Source of the DNA: Candidatus Latescibacterota bacterium
GTDB taxonomy: Bacteria > Latescibacterota > UBA2968 > GCA-2709665
Direction: 5' to 3'
NCBI GenBank assembly: GCA_965219455.1
Contig: OZ244744.1
Span: 1,568,001-1,632,000 of the forward strand
DNA length: 64,000 nucleotides
Position numbers and translations under genes: made by a program. This document shows, piece after piece, positions 36,979 through 46,735 of this stretch; position 1 is the first letter of the stretch, and every line of letters begins with the position of its first letter. A model generated the notes under the pieces. The model did no database searches and was not told the DNA's origin. It worked only from the letters and a program-made list of their open reading frames with translations.

Positions 36979-38742
36979 TCAATCGGCGGCGTTTTCCCGG
37001 GCCCGGGGAATACGCCACCCACTGGAGATCTCCTGCATGCGCACCATGCGTGCATAAAGGCCATCCTGGTCCATCAGATTCGCGTGGGCGCCGGATTCGA
37101 CAATACGTCCGCCGTTGCAAACGAGAATCTTGTCCGCATTGCGCACGGTGGAAAGCCGGTGGGCGATCACAATCGTGGTGCGATGGCGCGTAAGGCGGGC
37201 GATGGCTTCCTGGATGAGGATTTCGGTCTCGGCGTCCACCGATGAGGTGGCTTCGTCCAGGATGAGAACAGGGGCGTCTTTCAGCACGGCACGGGCGATG
37301 GAGAGCCGCTGCTTCTGGCCGCCGGAAAGCCGGACTCCGCGCTCCCCGACGAGCGTGTCGTACCCTTCCGGCAGATCCAGGATGAAGTCTTCCGCGTTGG
37401 CCGCCCTGGCCGCGTCACGGACCTGTCGATCCGTAGCGTCGGGACGGCCGAAGAGCAGGTTCTCGCGCACGGTGGCGTGAAAGAGGAAAACATCCTGGAA
37501 CACGGTAGCGACCTGCGAGCGCAGATAGGCCAGCGGAAGGGTACGGACGTCGTGCCCGCCAATGAATACGCCGCCTCGCTGCGGATCGTAAAAACGGGGG
37601 ATCAGATTGGCAACGGTGGTCTTGCCGGCGCCGGTGGGGCCTACAAGGGCGATAATTTCGCCGGCGTCGGCATCAAAGTCGACGCCGTGAAGCACGGGAT
37701 TCTTGTGATCGTATCCGAAGGTGACATTCTGAAAACGGATGTTCCAGGTCATGGCTTGCGGCGTTCGGGCTTCGGGGGCGTCATTGATGTCCGATTCGAC
37801 GTCAAGAAGCTCGAAAACACGGTCGGTGCTTGCCGCGGCCTTCTGCAGAATGTCGTTAATCGAGGCGAGTTGGAGAAAAGGCTGGTAAATGTGCCCCATG
37901 TAGACGATAAAAACGAAGAGGTCCGCAACGGAAATTACACCTTCCAGTGCCATTTTGCCGCCGCTCCAGATCACCAGGACGATGCCTATTCCCCCCGCGG
38001 CCTCGATGATGCCGGCCGGTAGAATGGAGATGCGGTTGGCTGTTACGCTGCCGTCTCTGAATTTAAGGCTCTGGGCTTCGATAAGGCGGGCGCGCCGGTG
38101 TTCCTGAGCGAAGGACTTGATTACCGGGATGCCGGAGAAGCTGTCCTGGACCAGCGCGATCAGGTCCGACAGGTGCGCGCGCACGGCGGCCCAAAGGGCG
38201 CGGACTTTGGAGACGTAACGGTATACCAGCAGGGCCGTCAGCGGAATCGGGATCAGGGTGATGAGCGCGAGTTCGGGGTTCAGGCTGAACAGCACAACGA
38301 TCATTGAAACGGGTATGATCGCGGCCAGCGCGGTCTCCGGGATGCCGTGGGCGACAAAGTCTTCAAGGGCTTCGACGTCGTTGACTGAACGTGCGATAAG
38401 GTTGCCGGTCCGCTGCTTGTTGAAAAAGCGATGGGGCAGGTTCTGAAGGTGTCGATATATCTTCACCATCAGGTCGTGCATCAGACGATAGGCGGCAATA
38501 TGAGAAAAGAAACCGTAACCGTATCTGGCCGCGCCCCGAAAGAGGTAGACTCCTATCAGCAGCAGGCTGGTCCGAGTCAGATCGGCGGAATCGGCGCCTT
38601 CCGTCAGCCAGCGGATGAGTTCTCGGATGAGCAACGGGGGTAAAAGGTTGGCGGCGGCAAACAGCAGCCCACATGCGACGGTGAGGGCGATGAGACGTCG
38701 TTTACCCTCCAGAATACGGTAGAATTGGACGAGAAAGTACAT
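36979..38742 (-). CDS. ABC exporter, fused permease and ATPase (MsbA/Sav1866-like)
   Basis: TM domain plus 'GPTGAGKTT', 'LSGGQKQR', 'ILDEATS', 'IAHRLST'. Confidence 0.92.
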   Translation of the reverse strand: MYFLVQFYRILEGKRRLIALTVACGLLFAAANLLPPLLIRELIRWLTEGADSADLTRTSLLLIGVYLFRGAARYGYGFFSHIAAYRLMHDLMVKIYRHLQNLPHRFFNKQRTGNLIARSVNDVEALEDFVAHGIPETALAAIIPVSMIVVLFSLNPELALITLIPIPLTALLVYRYVSKVRALWAAVRAHLSDLIALVQDSFSGIPVIKSFAQEHRRARLIEAQSLKFRDGSVTANRISILPAGIIEAAGGIGIVLVIWSGGKMALEGVISVADLFVFIVYMGHIYQPFLQLASINDILQKAAASTDRVFELLDVESDINDAPEARTPQAMTWNIRFQNVTFGYDHKNPVLHGVDFDADAGEIIALVGPTGAGKTTVANLIPRFYDPQRGGVFIGGHDVRTLPLAYLRSQVATVFQDVFLFHATVRENLLFGRPDATDRQVRDAARAANAEDFILDLPEGYDTLVGERGVRLSGGQKQRLSIARAVLKDAPVLILDEATSSVDAETEILIQEAIARLTRHRTTIVIAHRLSTVRNADKILVCNGGRIVESGAHANLMDQDGLYARMVRMQEISSGWRIPRARENAAD

Positions 38743-39174
38743 GGTTGAAATACAGTTCCCGCGGGAAAGAGTGATCTTGTGTTAACCCCCGGGCCCGAGG
38801 CCGGGTTTTTCGGGTACGCCGCAATTGACGTATCGGACCTTAAACGTAGGTTTCTGCGGGAGTAAAGTCAACTCTTTTGACCCGCGAAGCCTGTGCACTC
38901 GAATTTTCGGTTGTGTAAGAAGGACTTACGCTCTATATTGTAGTCTGGTGTACAAAAATTTAGCTATCTTAATACCAGAATGCACTAAATTAAAATATCT
39001 ACTTATGTAATTCCGGCCGTCGAAGACAAAGGATTTCGTATCGAAGGAATGGGTGCAGCGGCTTCCGTCGGCTAACATCTTCGGCGGCAAAATGCCTCGA
39101 TCGCGCCGGTGGCCAATCGACGAGCGGGTCGGGGTGCGTGCGTGTGTCCACCCAGTGAGGGAGCGTCGAACGAG

Positions 39175-40200
39175 ATGTCGAAGTTTACCATTGATCCAAT
39201 CGAGAACGAAACTGCGCTGGTCGATCAGATGACTGAACCGATTCCAGAGGTCGCGGATGCGGTATCCGGAATCGACGGCGAGGTGATGATACTGGGCATC
39301 GCCGGAAAAATGGGACTGACACTGGGCGAACTTCTGGTGCGTTCCGGCGCAAGGGGCGTCATCGGGGTCTCGCGGTTTTCCAATCCGGGTGACCGGGACT
39401 ACCTGGAATCCAGGGGGATAAGGACCGAACGGTGCGACCTGATCGACGACGATTCGTTGCGCAGTCTGCCGGACGTGGGCCACATTATCCTGCTGGCCGG
39501 CCACAAATTCGGTTCAACCGGGAATGAGCCCCTCACCTGGGCAATGAACGCGCTGCTTCCCGGAAAGGTGATGCAGCGGTTTCCCGATTCCCGAATCGTT
39601 TATGTGTCCTCGGGGAACGTCTACCGGTTTGTCTCTCCGGAATCGGGCGGCTCGGTGGAGTCGTCGCCGTTGGACCCGGTCGGGGAATATGCGCAGTCCC
39701 GCCTGGGGGGCGAGCGGCTGGCGGCATACTACGCGGAGCGGAACGGCACGCCGCTCGCGATTATCCGGTTGTTCTACGCAACGGAGTTGCGCTACGGCGT
39801 GTTTCTGGATATCGCCCAGCGAGTGTGGAGCGGGCAACCGATCGATCTGACCATGGGATATGTTAACCAGATCTGGCAGGGCGATGCGAATGCCTATCTT
39901 GCGCGTAGCTTTCCGCTCTGTGAAAGCCCCCCGCGGGTGCTCAACCTCACCGGGTGCGATCTGCTGGAAGTCCGAGACGTTGCGCTGAAGCTCGGCGAAC
40001 TGATGGGGCGGGCGCCTGTTTTCGAGGGCGAGGAGAGTCAGACGGCCCTGTTGGGCAATGCGGGGGCGTTATTCGACCTTATGGGACTGCCCCGGGTCTC
40101 GTCCGGGGGAATGATGGAATGGGTGGCCGCGTGGGTGATGCACGGGGGACCGACCCTGGGCAAGCCGACAAAGTACGAAGCACGGAACGGCAAATTTTAG
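39175..40200 (+). CDS. NAD-dependent epimerase/dehydratase
   Basis: Motifs 'ILGIAGKMG', 'SSGNVY', 'GEYAQSRLGGE', 'VNQIWQGDAN'. Confidence 0.85.
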   Translation: MSKFTIDPIENETALVDQMTEPIPEVADAVSGIDGEVMILGIAGKMGLTLGELLVRSGARGVIGVSRFSNPGDRDYLESRGIRTERCDLIDDDSLRSLPDVGHIILLAGHKFGSTGNEPLTWAMNALLPGKVMQRFPDSRIVYVSSGNVYRFVSPESGGSVESSPLDPVGEYAQSRLGGERLAAYYAERNGTPLAIIRLFYATELRYGVFLDIAQRVWSGQPIDLTMGYVNQIWQGDANAYLARSFPLCESPPRVLNLTGCDLLEVRDVALKLGELMGRAPVFEGEESQTALLGNAGALFDLMGLPRVSSGGMMEWVAAWVMHGGPTLGKPTKYEARNGKF

Positions 40201-40262
40201 GTTGAGAAAAAGCCAGACCACCGCTGGATGGGCGGTCTGCATTATCGGGTTGGGAGATTCCG

Positions 40263-41582
40263 GTGACGGACGAACTGAAGGCCGGCGTTGCCGAGGTCAA
40301 TATTACGCCGCCAATCGGCGTTTCGCTGTGTGGATTCGGTAACCGGAAGGGGCCTGCCGAAACGGTTTTCGACGATCTGTTCGCGCGCGCTTTGGTACTT
40401 GAAGACGGCCAGACGCGGCTGGCGATCGTAACGTCGGATCTCATCTCATTTGCGCCCGACCTCGTGGAGCGTATACGGGATCTGGTTGAACACGCGGCGG
40501 GCATACCGGGCGCATGCCTGTTGTTGAACGGTTCCCACTCTCATTCCGGTCCCACAGTGATGTCGTTTCGCAGCATGGGCCAGCGGGACGGAGCATACGA
40601 GGACGTGCTTTGCCGGCAGGTCGCGGGCGCCGTCCGGATGGCGGCGGACCGGCTGGAGGCCGTTTCGCTTCGCGCGGGCCGCGCGCCTGTCAGGATTGCC
40701 CATAACCGGCGCGCCCGTCGTAACGGACGGATGACGATCGGACACAACCCGGAGGGCCCCGAAGCCCCCTGGGTGGACGTGCTTGGCATCGACCGTCGTT
40801 CGGGTTCCACGTTGGGGCTTCTTTATGTAACGGCGGCCCACCCCGTCAACCTGGGGGGCCTGGCGTTCAGTGCGGAATTTCCGGGATATGCGGCACGGTC
40901 TATCCGGCGCGAGTTAGACGGTGTGCTGCCGATGTTTGCGCAGGGCTGTTGCGGCGACATCAACTGTACGCCGATGGACGGCACGTTGCAGACAACGATA
41001 AGTCACGGTGAATTGCTGGGCAACGCGGCTGTGACTGCTGCCCGGCACGCTGAGCCATTGCGGTCGCATCGCCTGGGGGTGGCGCGCCAGGTGATCCATC
41101 TGCCCACCAGAATCCCTTCGGTGGATGAGGCGGAACGCGGGCTCGAAGAGCAGAAAACCCGAGTGAGGCAGGCAGAGCAGGACCCCGAGGCGACCGACTA
41201 CCTGATTCGTCAGTACCGGGGGCAGATCGAATGGGCGGAAGACTATCTGCGGGCCGCACGGAGCCGCCACCCCAGGCCGGAGGCGTTCGAGATTCAGGCG
41301 ATGCGCATTGGCGAGACGGCCCTGGTGGCCTACCCGGGCGAGATGTTCGTGGATTATCAACTGGAAATGGATCGGGCGTCGCCATTCAAGAAGACGTTCA
41401 CGCTGGGGTATAGCAACGGATGCATCGGATATGTGCCGACGGCGGAGGCATTTCCGGAGGGCGGGTACGAGGTCGACCACGCGTTCCGATACTATGGTAC
41501 GCTGATGATTACGTCGACCTGTGAACGAATGATCAAATCTGCTACGCTGGAAATGCTGCACGGGTTGAATCGCAACGAATGA
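40263..41582 (+). CDS. Neutral/alkaline ceramidase-like amidohydrolase
   Basis: Motifs 'AGVAEVNITPP', 'DDLFARALVL', 'SHSHSGP', 'AAHP', 'QGCCGDIN', 'PGEMF', 'GYVPT...GGYE'. Confidence 0.8.
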   Translation: MTDELKAGVAEVNITPPIGVSLCGFGNRKGPAETVFDDLFARALVLEDGQTRLAIVTSDLISFAPDLVERIRDLVEHAAGIPGACLLLNGSHSHSGPTVMSFRSMGQRDGAYEDVLCRQVAGAVRMAADRLEAVSLRAGRAPVRIAHNRRARRNGRMTIGHNPEGPEAPWVDVLGIDRRSGSTLGLLYVTAAHPVNLGGLAFSAEFPGYAARSIRRELDGVLPMFAQGCCGDINCTPMDGTLQTTISHGELLGNAAVTAARHAEPLRSHRLGVARQVIHLPTRIPSVDEAERGLEEQKTRVRQAEQDPEATDYLIRQYRGQIEWAEDYLRAARSRHPRPEAFEIQAMRIGETALVAYPGEMFVDYQLEMDRASPFKKTFTLGYSNGCIGYVPTAEAFPEGGYEVDHAFRYYGTLMITSTCERMIKSATLEMLHGLNRNE

Positions 41583-42562
41583 AACGTGAGGCGTGTGTGC
41601 GCTTTTTGCTTTTGTGCGGGCTATTGTGCATCGGGGCGACGCCATCCGGGGGCGGGGAGATAAAGAAAGAGTCTTTCGCCAAAGGGACGAATTCGGCGGC
41701 GGCGGCCTTTGCACGGTATCGCCCGAAACGGATAGGTCTCATCGTATTGGCGTCGGACAGGGACCCGGATATCGGACTCCGGTACGCCGGGCGGGTTTTG
41801 CTGGGCTTCAGCCGTCAACTGGAGGGGGACCCATTTCGGATGCTGCCCAGGTACGAACTCCGTCTGTACGAAGCGATCCGCACGGCACTTCAAGACAGGG
41901 GATACGAGGTAAAATACCAGGGCGGCTGGAGCGGATTGCGGCTGGGAGAGGTGATTGAACGGGCGCCGGACGTGGACGCCGTGTGTGTGGCACATTACTA
42001 TATAAAGCGCAACCACAGGATCGGCAACTTCGACGGCTTCAGCTGGTCGTCCCCTTTCGAGGGTATGCATCTGAATCTCCGGGCGGAGTTCTTCCACGCC
42101 GATAGTAAGGAATCGCTTTACCGGCTGGAAGCAACGTCGGTAGGTACAGAGGAACTTTACGCCAAACTCGGAAAAATGGTGACCGAGGAACCGCTTTATC
42201 CCGACGGTTACGACGAGCATGGGAGTCCCAATGCCTACAGGATTGCAGTATACCAGACCTCACTTCGAGACTTGAAACTGGCCGAGCATCCGGTCCCGAT
42301 TATTCGCACGGCGGAGGGATCACTCGATATCACGTACGACGGTGGATGGGTCCGTAAAGGAACGGTACGATTAAGAAACGTGATGGGACGACTCAATATT
42401 CCCATCCCGGAGGAAGTTGCCAAACGGAACAGCGTATTGGCCAGGATGCTCGAATACGTACCATTTCGCCCCAGAGACGACGATCGAGAATATTTCGATC
42501 TTCTGGGTGTCGCTCAAATCGCCCGTTTGCTTCAACAGAGAATTCCCGAACGAGGTCCGTAG
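41579..42562 (+). CDS. Hypothetical exported protein
   Basis: Its start overlaps the upstream stop (ATGA). N-terminal hydrophobic signal. No family recognised. Confidence 0.6.
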   Translation: MKREACVRFLLLCGLLCIGATPSGGGEIKKESFAKGTNSAAAAFARYRPKRIGLIVLASDRDPDIGLRYAGRVLLGFSRQLEGDPFRMLPRYELRLYEAIRTALQDRGYEVKYQGGWSGLRLGEVIERAPDVDAVCVAHYYIKRNHRIGNFDGFSWSSPFEGMHLNLRAEFFHADSKESLYRLEATSVGTEELYAKLGKMVTEEPLYPDGYDEHGSPNAYRIAVYQTSLRDLKLAEHPVPIIRTAEGSLDITYDGGWVRKGTVRLRNVMGRLNIPIPEEVAKRNSVLARMLEYVPFRPRDDDREYFDLLGVAQIARLLQQRIPERGP

Positions 42563-42667
42563 GAGGATTCGTGGAACGGTACTGCTGCGCAATACGTCAG
42601 CATAGAGCGTTCGCGAGCATAATGTCCGGCCGTTCGGTCCTTATTCAGAAGAAAAGGATACGAATAC

Positions 42668-43663
42668 ATGGCTAAATTAAAGCTGGAAGAGGTGAGTCTG
42701 ACGCCGGAAATCTCGGCAATAAAGCTGGACACCGATTTTTTCTCCCTCGTTGTCGTGCCCGAACTGGGCGGGAAGATAACCTCTCTTGTCAATAAGTCGA
42801 CCGGCCGCGAATGTCTTTCGCGCACCAATATACCGTACAGAAGCCGGACCTATGGGGATCGCTTCGAGAATTACGAACGCGACGGGGCCGACGAGTGTTT
42901 TCCCACCGTCGAAGCGTGTCCGTATCCGGTCTTTCCCTGGGAAGGGGTGCAGGTTCCGGACCATGGAGAGGTCTGGACGCTTCCATGGCAGTACGAAGTC
43001 AAACAGGAACGCCTGCAGATGTGGGTCAGAAGCGTGCGGTTTCCGTATGTGTTTAAACGTGACATCCGCTTCGAGACATTGGCGCGCGGCAAAAAACCCT
43101 ATATCCGGTTTTCCTACACAGTCGAGAATGAGAGCCCGTTTGACATGCCGTTCGTCTATGCGTTCCACCCACTTTTCAAGGCGGAAACCCGCGCACGTAT
43201 CCTGATGCCTTCCGGCACGGATGTGGTTTCGTACCTGAGTACAGAAGACCGTCTGGGGCCGCCAATGACACGGCATGTCTGGCCCAAAGTTACGGATCTG
43301 ACCCTGGACAAGGCCTATAACCGTTCTTCGATTCGATCCAGCCGTACCAAAGAGGCCGAGAAGCTTTTTTCCACGCCTCTGGAGCAGGGCCGCTGCGCGC
43401 TGGTCTACCCCAGCGGGGAGTTTATCGGTTTTCTGTTTCCGGCCAAAAAACTTCCGCATCTGGGCTTGTGGATAAATGAGGGCGGCTGGAACAACCTCCA
43501 CCACGTGGCTCTGGAGCCCTCTACGTCGCAGGTCGACCGCCTGGATACGGCGTGGGGGCTGAAAGCTTGTGGGATGGTGCCGGCAAACGGCCAAGCCGAA
43601 TGGGATATCAGCCTGATTCTGGGCGAAGGCGACGAACGTCAGGAATTGCTCGGGGAATTTTGA
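42668..43663 (+). CDS. Galactose mutarotase/aldose epimerase-like protein
   Basis: Motifs 'VPELGGKITSL', 'GADECFPT', 'PDHGEVW', 'YAFHP', 'VALEP'. Confidence 0.75.
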   Translation: MAKLKLEEVSLTPEISAIKLDTDFFSLVVVPELGGKITSLVNKSTGRECLSRTNIPYRSRTYGDRFENYERDGADECFPTVEACPYPVFPWEGVQVPDHGEVWTLPWQYEVKQERLQMWVRSVRFPYVFKRDIRFETLARGKKPYIRFSYTVENESPFDMPFVYAFHPLFKAETRARILMPSGTDVVSYLSTEDRLGPPMTRHVWPKVTDLTLDKAYNRSSIRSSRTKEAEKLFSTPLEQGRCALVYPSGEFIGFLFPAKKLPHLGLWINEGGWNNLHHVALEPSTSQVDRLDTAWGLKACGMVPANGQAEWDISLILGEGDERQELLGEF

Positions 43664-43671
43664 GGTGCGAC

Positions 43672-43736
43672 TGTTCTGTCCCGGAAATAGATTGCCGAAA
43701 TTCGGCCGTCGAGTCGCCCGGCTGGCAACGCGCCTG
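43672..43736 (+). repeat. Dispersed intergenic repeat, copy 1 (MITE-like)
   Basis: 65 bp, 54 of 65 positions identical by eye to 53475-53539. Confidence 0.75.
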
Positions 43737-43804
43737 TGCGTGGCGACCTGGGCAAGGTCGGCCAGCGATGGCAACGCATCGAGACGGGATGAATCGGCGG
43801 GAGA

Positions 43805-45199
43805 ATGGTGACATATTTTTGGAACAGGGCAGTACGTCTCGCGATAGCAATTTCGATTGGATTCATCCCGGCAGCGATTCCTGCTCAGTCGCGGGGAGAA
43901 GAAATGGTTTTGGTGCAGACCGGGCAGAAACGGTTTTACATGAGCAGGCACGAGGTGACGGTCGAACAGATGAAGGCATTCGATCCGGACTATCACCCGG
44001 CGTACACCTATTTCAGTGATGCGAAAATGCCTGCCACCGCAATCCCGTTCACACAGGCGAAAGCGTTCTGCGAAGCGCAGAGCAAACGGCTGCCTACATT
44101 CGAAGAATGGGTCGTGGCCTGCGGCGGTCTGGAGGGATCGGCGTACTCCTACGGAAACAATTACGACCCCAATCTGGCACGGGCGGGACGGAGAAACTGG
44201 ACCGACGGACCCAAAGCGGTAATGAGTTTCGAGAAAAACGGGGTAGGGCTGTACGACATGTCTGGAAATGTGTGGGAGTGGGTGGACGACGGCGACGGCG
44301 AGATGCAGAAGGTGTACGGCGGTTCGTGGACGGATGGTCCCAGGTCGACACGGTGCGTTTCCGCGAGGCGGGCGAAAGTCGACCTGAAATCGATCAATTA
44401 CGGATTTCGGTGCGCCCGATCGCTGACGGACGCCGATCGGATTCGATTGGCAGAGGCGGAGGCAGAGGCACGGCGCAGAGTTCAGGCGCGCGTACGCAGG
44501 GAAGCCGCCCGCCGCAAGGCCGCGACTAAGGCCGTAGAGGCAGCCCGGATGGCCAAGATTGAAGCAAAGGCAAAAACTGCGCGGGATGCCGAACTTGCGG
44601 AAGAACAGGCCCGGGCGGCCGAGGCGGAGCGGAAAGCAGCTGCTTTTGCTGAAAAGGTCAAAGGCATGCTGAAAATCGAGACCTCTGCTTTCCAGACTTT
44701 CTATATAGATCCGCACGAAGTCAGCGTCGAGGCGTATCGGGCGTTCGGTGCGTCTTACAGGCCGGATGAATTTTCGGACGCGCCGAGAATGCCGGCCACG
44801 GGACTAACGTACGAACAGGCGCAGGCCTACTGCGGCTCACTCGGGAAGAGGCTGCCTACGTCGGAAGAATGGGTCGCGGCCTGTGTGGGAGAGACGGGGA
44901 ATATCTATTCCTACGGCAAGCGTTACGATTCCTCCAAGGGCCGGACCGGTCTGGCCTGGGACGCGGGGGCCGCGGAAGTGGCAAAAGGAGCCCCCAACGA
45001 TTATGGCGTTCAGGATATGGTGGGAAATGTGTGGGAGTGGGTGGACGGATGGTACGGCAAAAACAGAGAACTCCGTGCCATATACGGCGGATCGTGGCTG
45101 GACGACGAAAAACGGGCGAAATGTACCGGCGCGGGTTGGGCCGAACCCGATGAAAAACGGTCCGATGTCGGGTTTCGCTGTGCCGCGGGAGCTGAATAG
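43805..45199 (+). CDS. Exported protein with two FGE-sulfatase (SUMF1)-type domains joined by an Ala/Glu/Lys/Arg-rich helical linker
   Basis: Two copies of 'HEV.V..', 'KRLPT.EEW..AC', 'GNVWEWV', 'YGGSW', 'GFRCA'. The FGE catalytic Cys pair is absent. Confidence 0.85.
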   Translation: MVTYFWNRAVRLAIAISIGFIPAAIPAQSRGEEMVLVQTGQKRFYMSRHEVTVEQMKAFDPDYHPAYTYFSDAKMPATAIPFTQAKAFCEAQSKRLPTFEEWVVACGGLEGSAYSYGNNYDPNLARAGRRNWTDGPKAVMSFEKNGVGLYDMSGNVWEWVDDGDGEMQKVYGGSWTDGPRSTRCVSARRAKVDLKSINYGFRCARSLTDADRIRLAEAEAEARRRVQARVRREAARRKAATKAVEAARMAKIEAKAKTARDAELAEEQARAAEAERKAAAFAEKVKGMLKIETSAFQTFYIDPHEVSVEAYRAFGASYRPDEFSDAPRMPATGLTYEQAQAYCGSLGKRLPTSEEWVAACVGETGNIYSYGKRYDSSKGRTGLAWDAGAAEVAKGAPNDYGVQDMVGNVWEWVDGWYGKNRELRAIYGGSWLDDEKRAKCTGAGWAEPDEKRSDVGFRCAAGAE

Positions 45200-45201
45200 G
45201 G

Positions 45202-46683
45202 ATGTGTATGCCTATGCACGGGAGCGTGCGGCCGGGTTCGCGATGTGTGTGGATGCTTCTGTTCTGCGTTGCGGCGTGGAGTTGCGGCGTTAGCCGGCAG
45301 GACGTGGATCTGGCCGAAAACGACGCGTTAAACACATTGCGCGGTCTTGTTCACAACGGTGAACTGGACGGCGCCCTCGTTGCGGAAGCGGTAACGGTGC
45401 TGGGGGGATTGGACGGCGCGGACGTGGGAGCGGCATTTACCGGCCTGTTGAACCATCCGGATGAGATCGTGGTCCTGCGAGCGGTCGAGGCGATGGGTAA
45501 GCGGCACGTTCCGGAGGCCGTTGACGCTCTCCAGGGACTGTTCGAAAGAACCGGGAGCGCTTTCGTGAAAGTGGAGGCAGCGGCGGCGCTTGAACGCCTG
45601 AATCCCGGGACAATGATTCCGTGGCTGTCCGAGAAGCTCCGGAATGGCGAATTTAGCATGGCCCGTTCCAATGCCGCCGCCGCGCTCGGTAAACTGGGCA
45701 ACGGGGAGAACGCCCCGGTGCTTCGAGTGGCTTTTGGAGACGATAAGGACCCGGTTGTGCGGTCCGCAGCGGCTTTGGCGCTTGCAGGACTGTCAGACGT
45801 GCAAAGCCTGCCCGCAATTTCGGATACATTGATAGCGACGAAACAGCTCTCAACGGCACTGGTCATGGTGGAGGCTCTGGAGACGTTCGGGACGGCGGAA
45901 GCGAGGGCCCACCTGGAGGCGGTGGCGAAACAGAGCACCTGGCAACAGTCCCTGCGTATCCGCTGTTTCGAAGCGCTGGGGGGACGGTCCGCCAGGTCGA
46001 TTGGCGCCTATCTCAAGGAACGGTTGCTGGAGGAGGGAGACGCACTCGACCGGGCGCTGGCTGCGGAGGGATTGGGATGGATTCAGGATTCAACGGCCGT
46101 GGACCTCCTGCGGTCCGCATTTTACAGCCCCGAGAATCAACCGTTCCGGCTCAGCGCGGCGTGGTCCCTGGCGAGGCTCGGCCACGGGGCCGAGATTTCA
46201 GAGGAACTGGAAGACGATTTACAGAGTGTGTACCATTCGGTTCGACGGCGGGCGGCTGAGATCCTGGGAATCATCGGTGATGCAAGGCGGATCCCAGCCC
46301 TGAAAAATGCGTTCTCCCAGAACAAGGAATTTTCCGTTCGGCGGGCGATTGTGCAGGCTCTGGGCAAAATCAACGATGCGGAGTCGGTTGCAGCACTGAC
46401 GTGGGCGTTTCATCAGGACGTGACTCTGGAAATCAGAGAAACCATCGTTGAAGCGTTTGGACAGATAACGCTCAGGGTGGCGTCCAGGGCGCTGAAGGAG
46501 GTCCTTGAACAAAGCGAAGAAGCGATCCTTCAGGCAGCGGCTTTGAGAGGCTTGGTCCAGTCGCGGGATTTGAAACAGGTGGAGACGCTTCGATCGTACC
46601 TTAAGAACGCAGAACCGGGCATACGCCTTGAAGCCGCCAGGGGAATCTTTGAACTCGCCCGAACGGGAGACCAACCCGGTTGA
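45202..46683 (+). CDS. HEAT-repeat protein, probable lipoprotein
   Basis: Lipobox-like 'AAWSC' and repeated 'VR.AAA.ALG' units. Confidence 0.8.
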   Translation: MCMPMHGSVRPGSRCVWMLLFCVAAWSCGVSRQDVDLAENDALNTLRGLVHNGELDGALVAEAVTVLGGLDGADVGAAFTGLLNHPDEIVVLRAVEAMGKRHVPEAVDALQGLFERTGSAFVKVEAAAALERLNPGTMIPWLSEKLRNGEFSMARSNAAAALGKLGNGENAPVLRVAFGDDKDPVVRSAAALALAGLSDVQSLPAISDTLIATKQLSTALVMVEALETFGTAEARAHLEAVAKQSTWQQSLRIRCFEALGGRSARSIGAYLKERLLEEGDALDRALAAEGLGWIQDSTAVDLLRSAFYSPENQPFRLSAAWSLARLGHGAEISEELEDDLQSVYHSVRRRAAEILGIIGDARRIPALKNAFSQNKEFSVRRAIVQALGKINDAESVAALTWAFHQDVTLEIRETIVEAFGQITLRVASRALKEVLEQSEEAILQAAALRGLVQSRDLKQVETLRSYLKNAEPGIRLEAARGIFELARTGDQPG

Positions 46684-46735
46684 TTCCGGAGTCGCTTAAT
46701 CCACGTATCGTGCGGTTTTCGAATGTGAACGACAG

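Noticed and set aside
42677-44716. 679-aa minus-strand ORF
   Set aside because: Antisense across two real genes and an intergenic repeat; no protein-like motifs.
43805-45199. Possible diversity-generating retroelement (FGE/CLec domains; 25-bp identity at 44264-44288 and 45023-45047)
   Set aside because: No reverse transcriptase in the window and no non-coding template repeat with adenine-specific mismatches. The identity is just the conserved GNVWEWVD coding motif.
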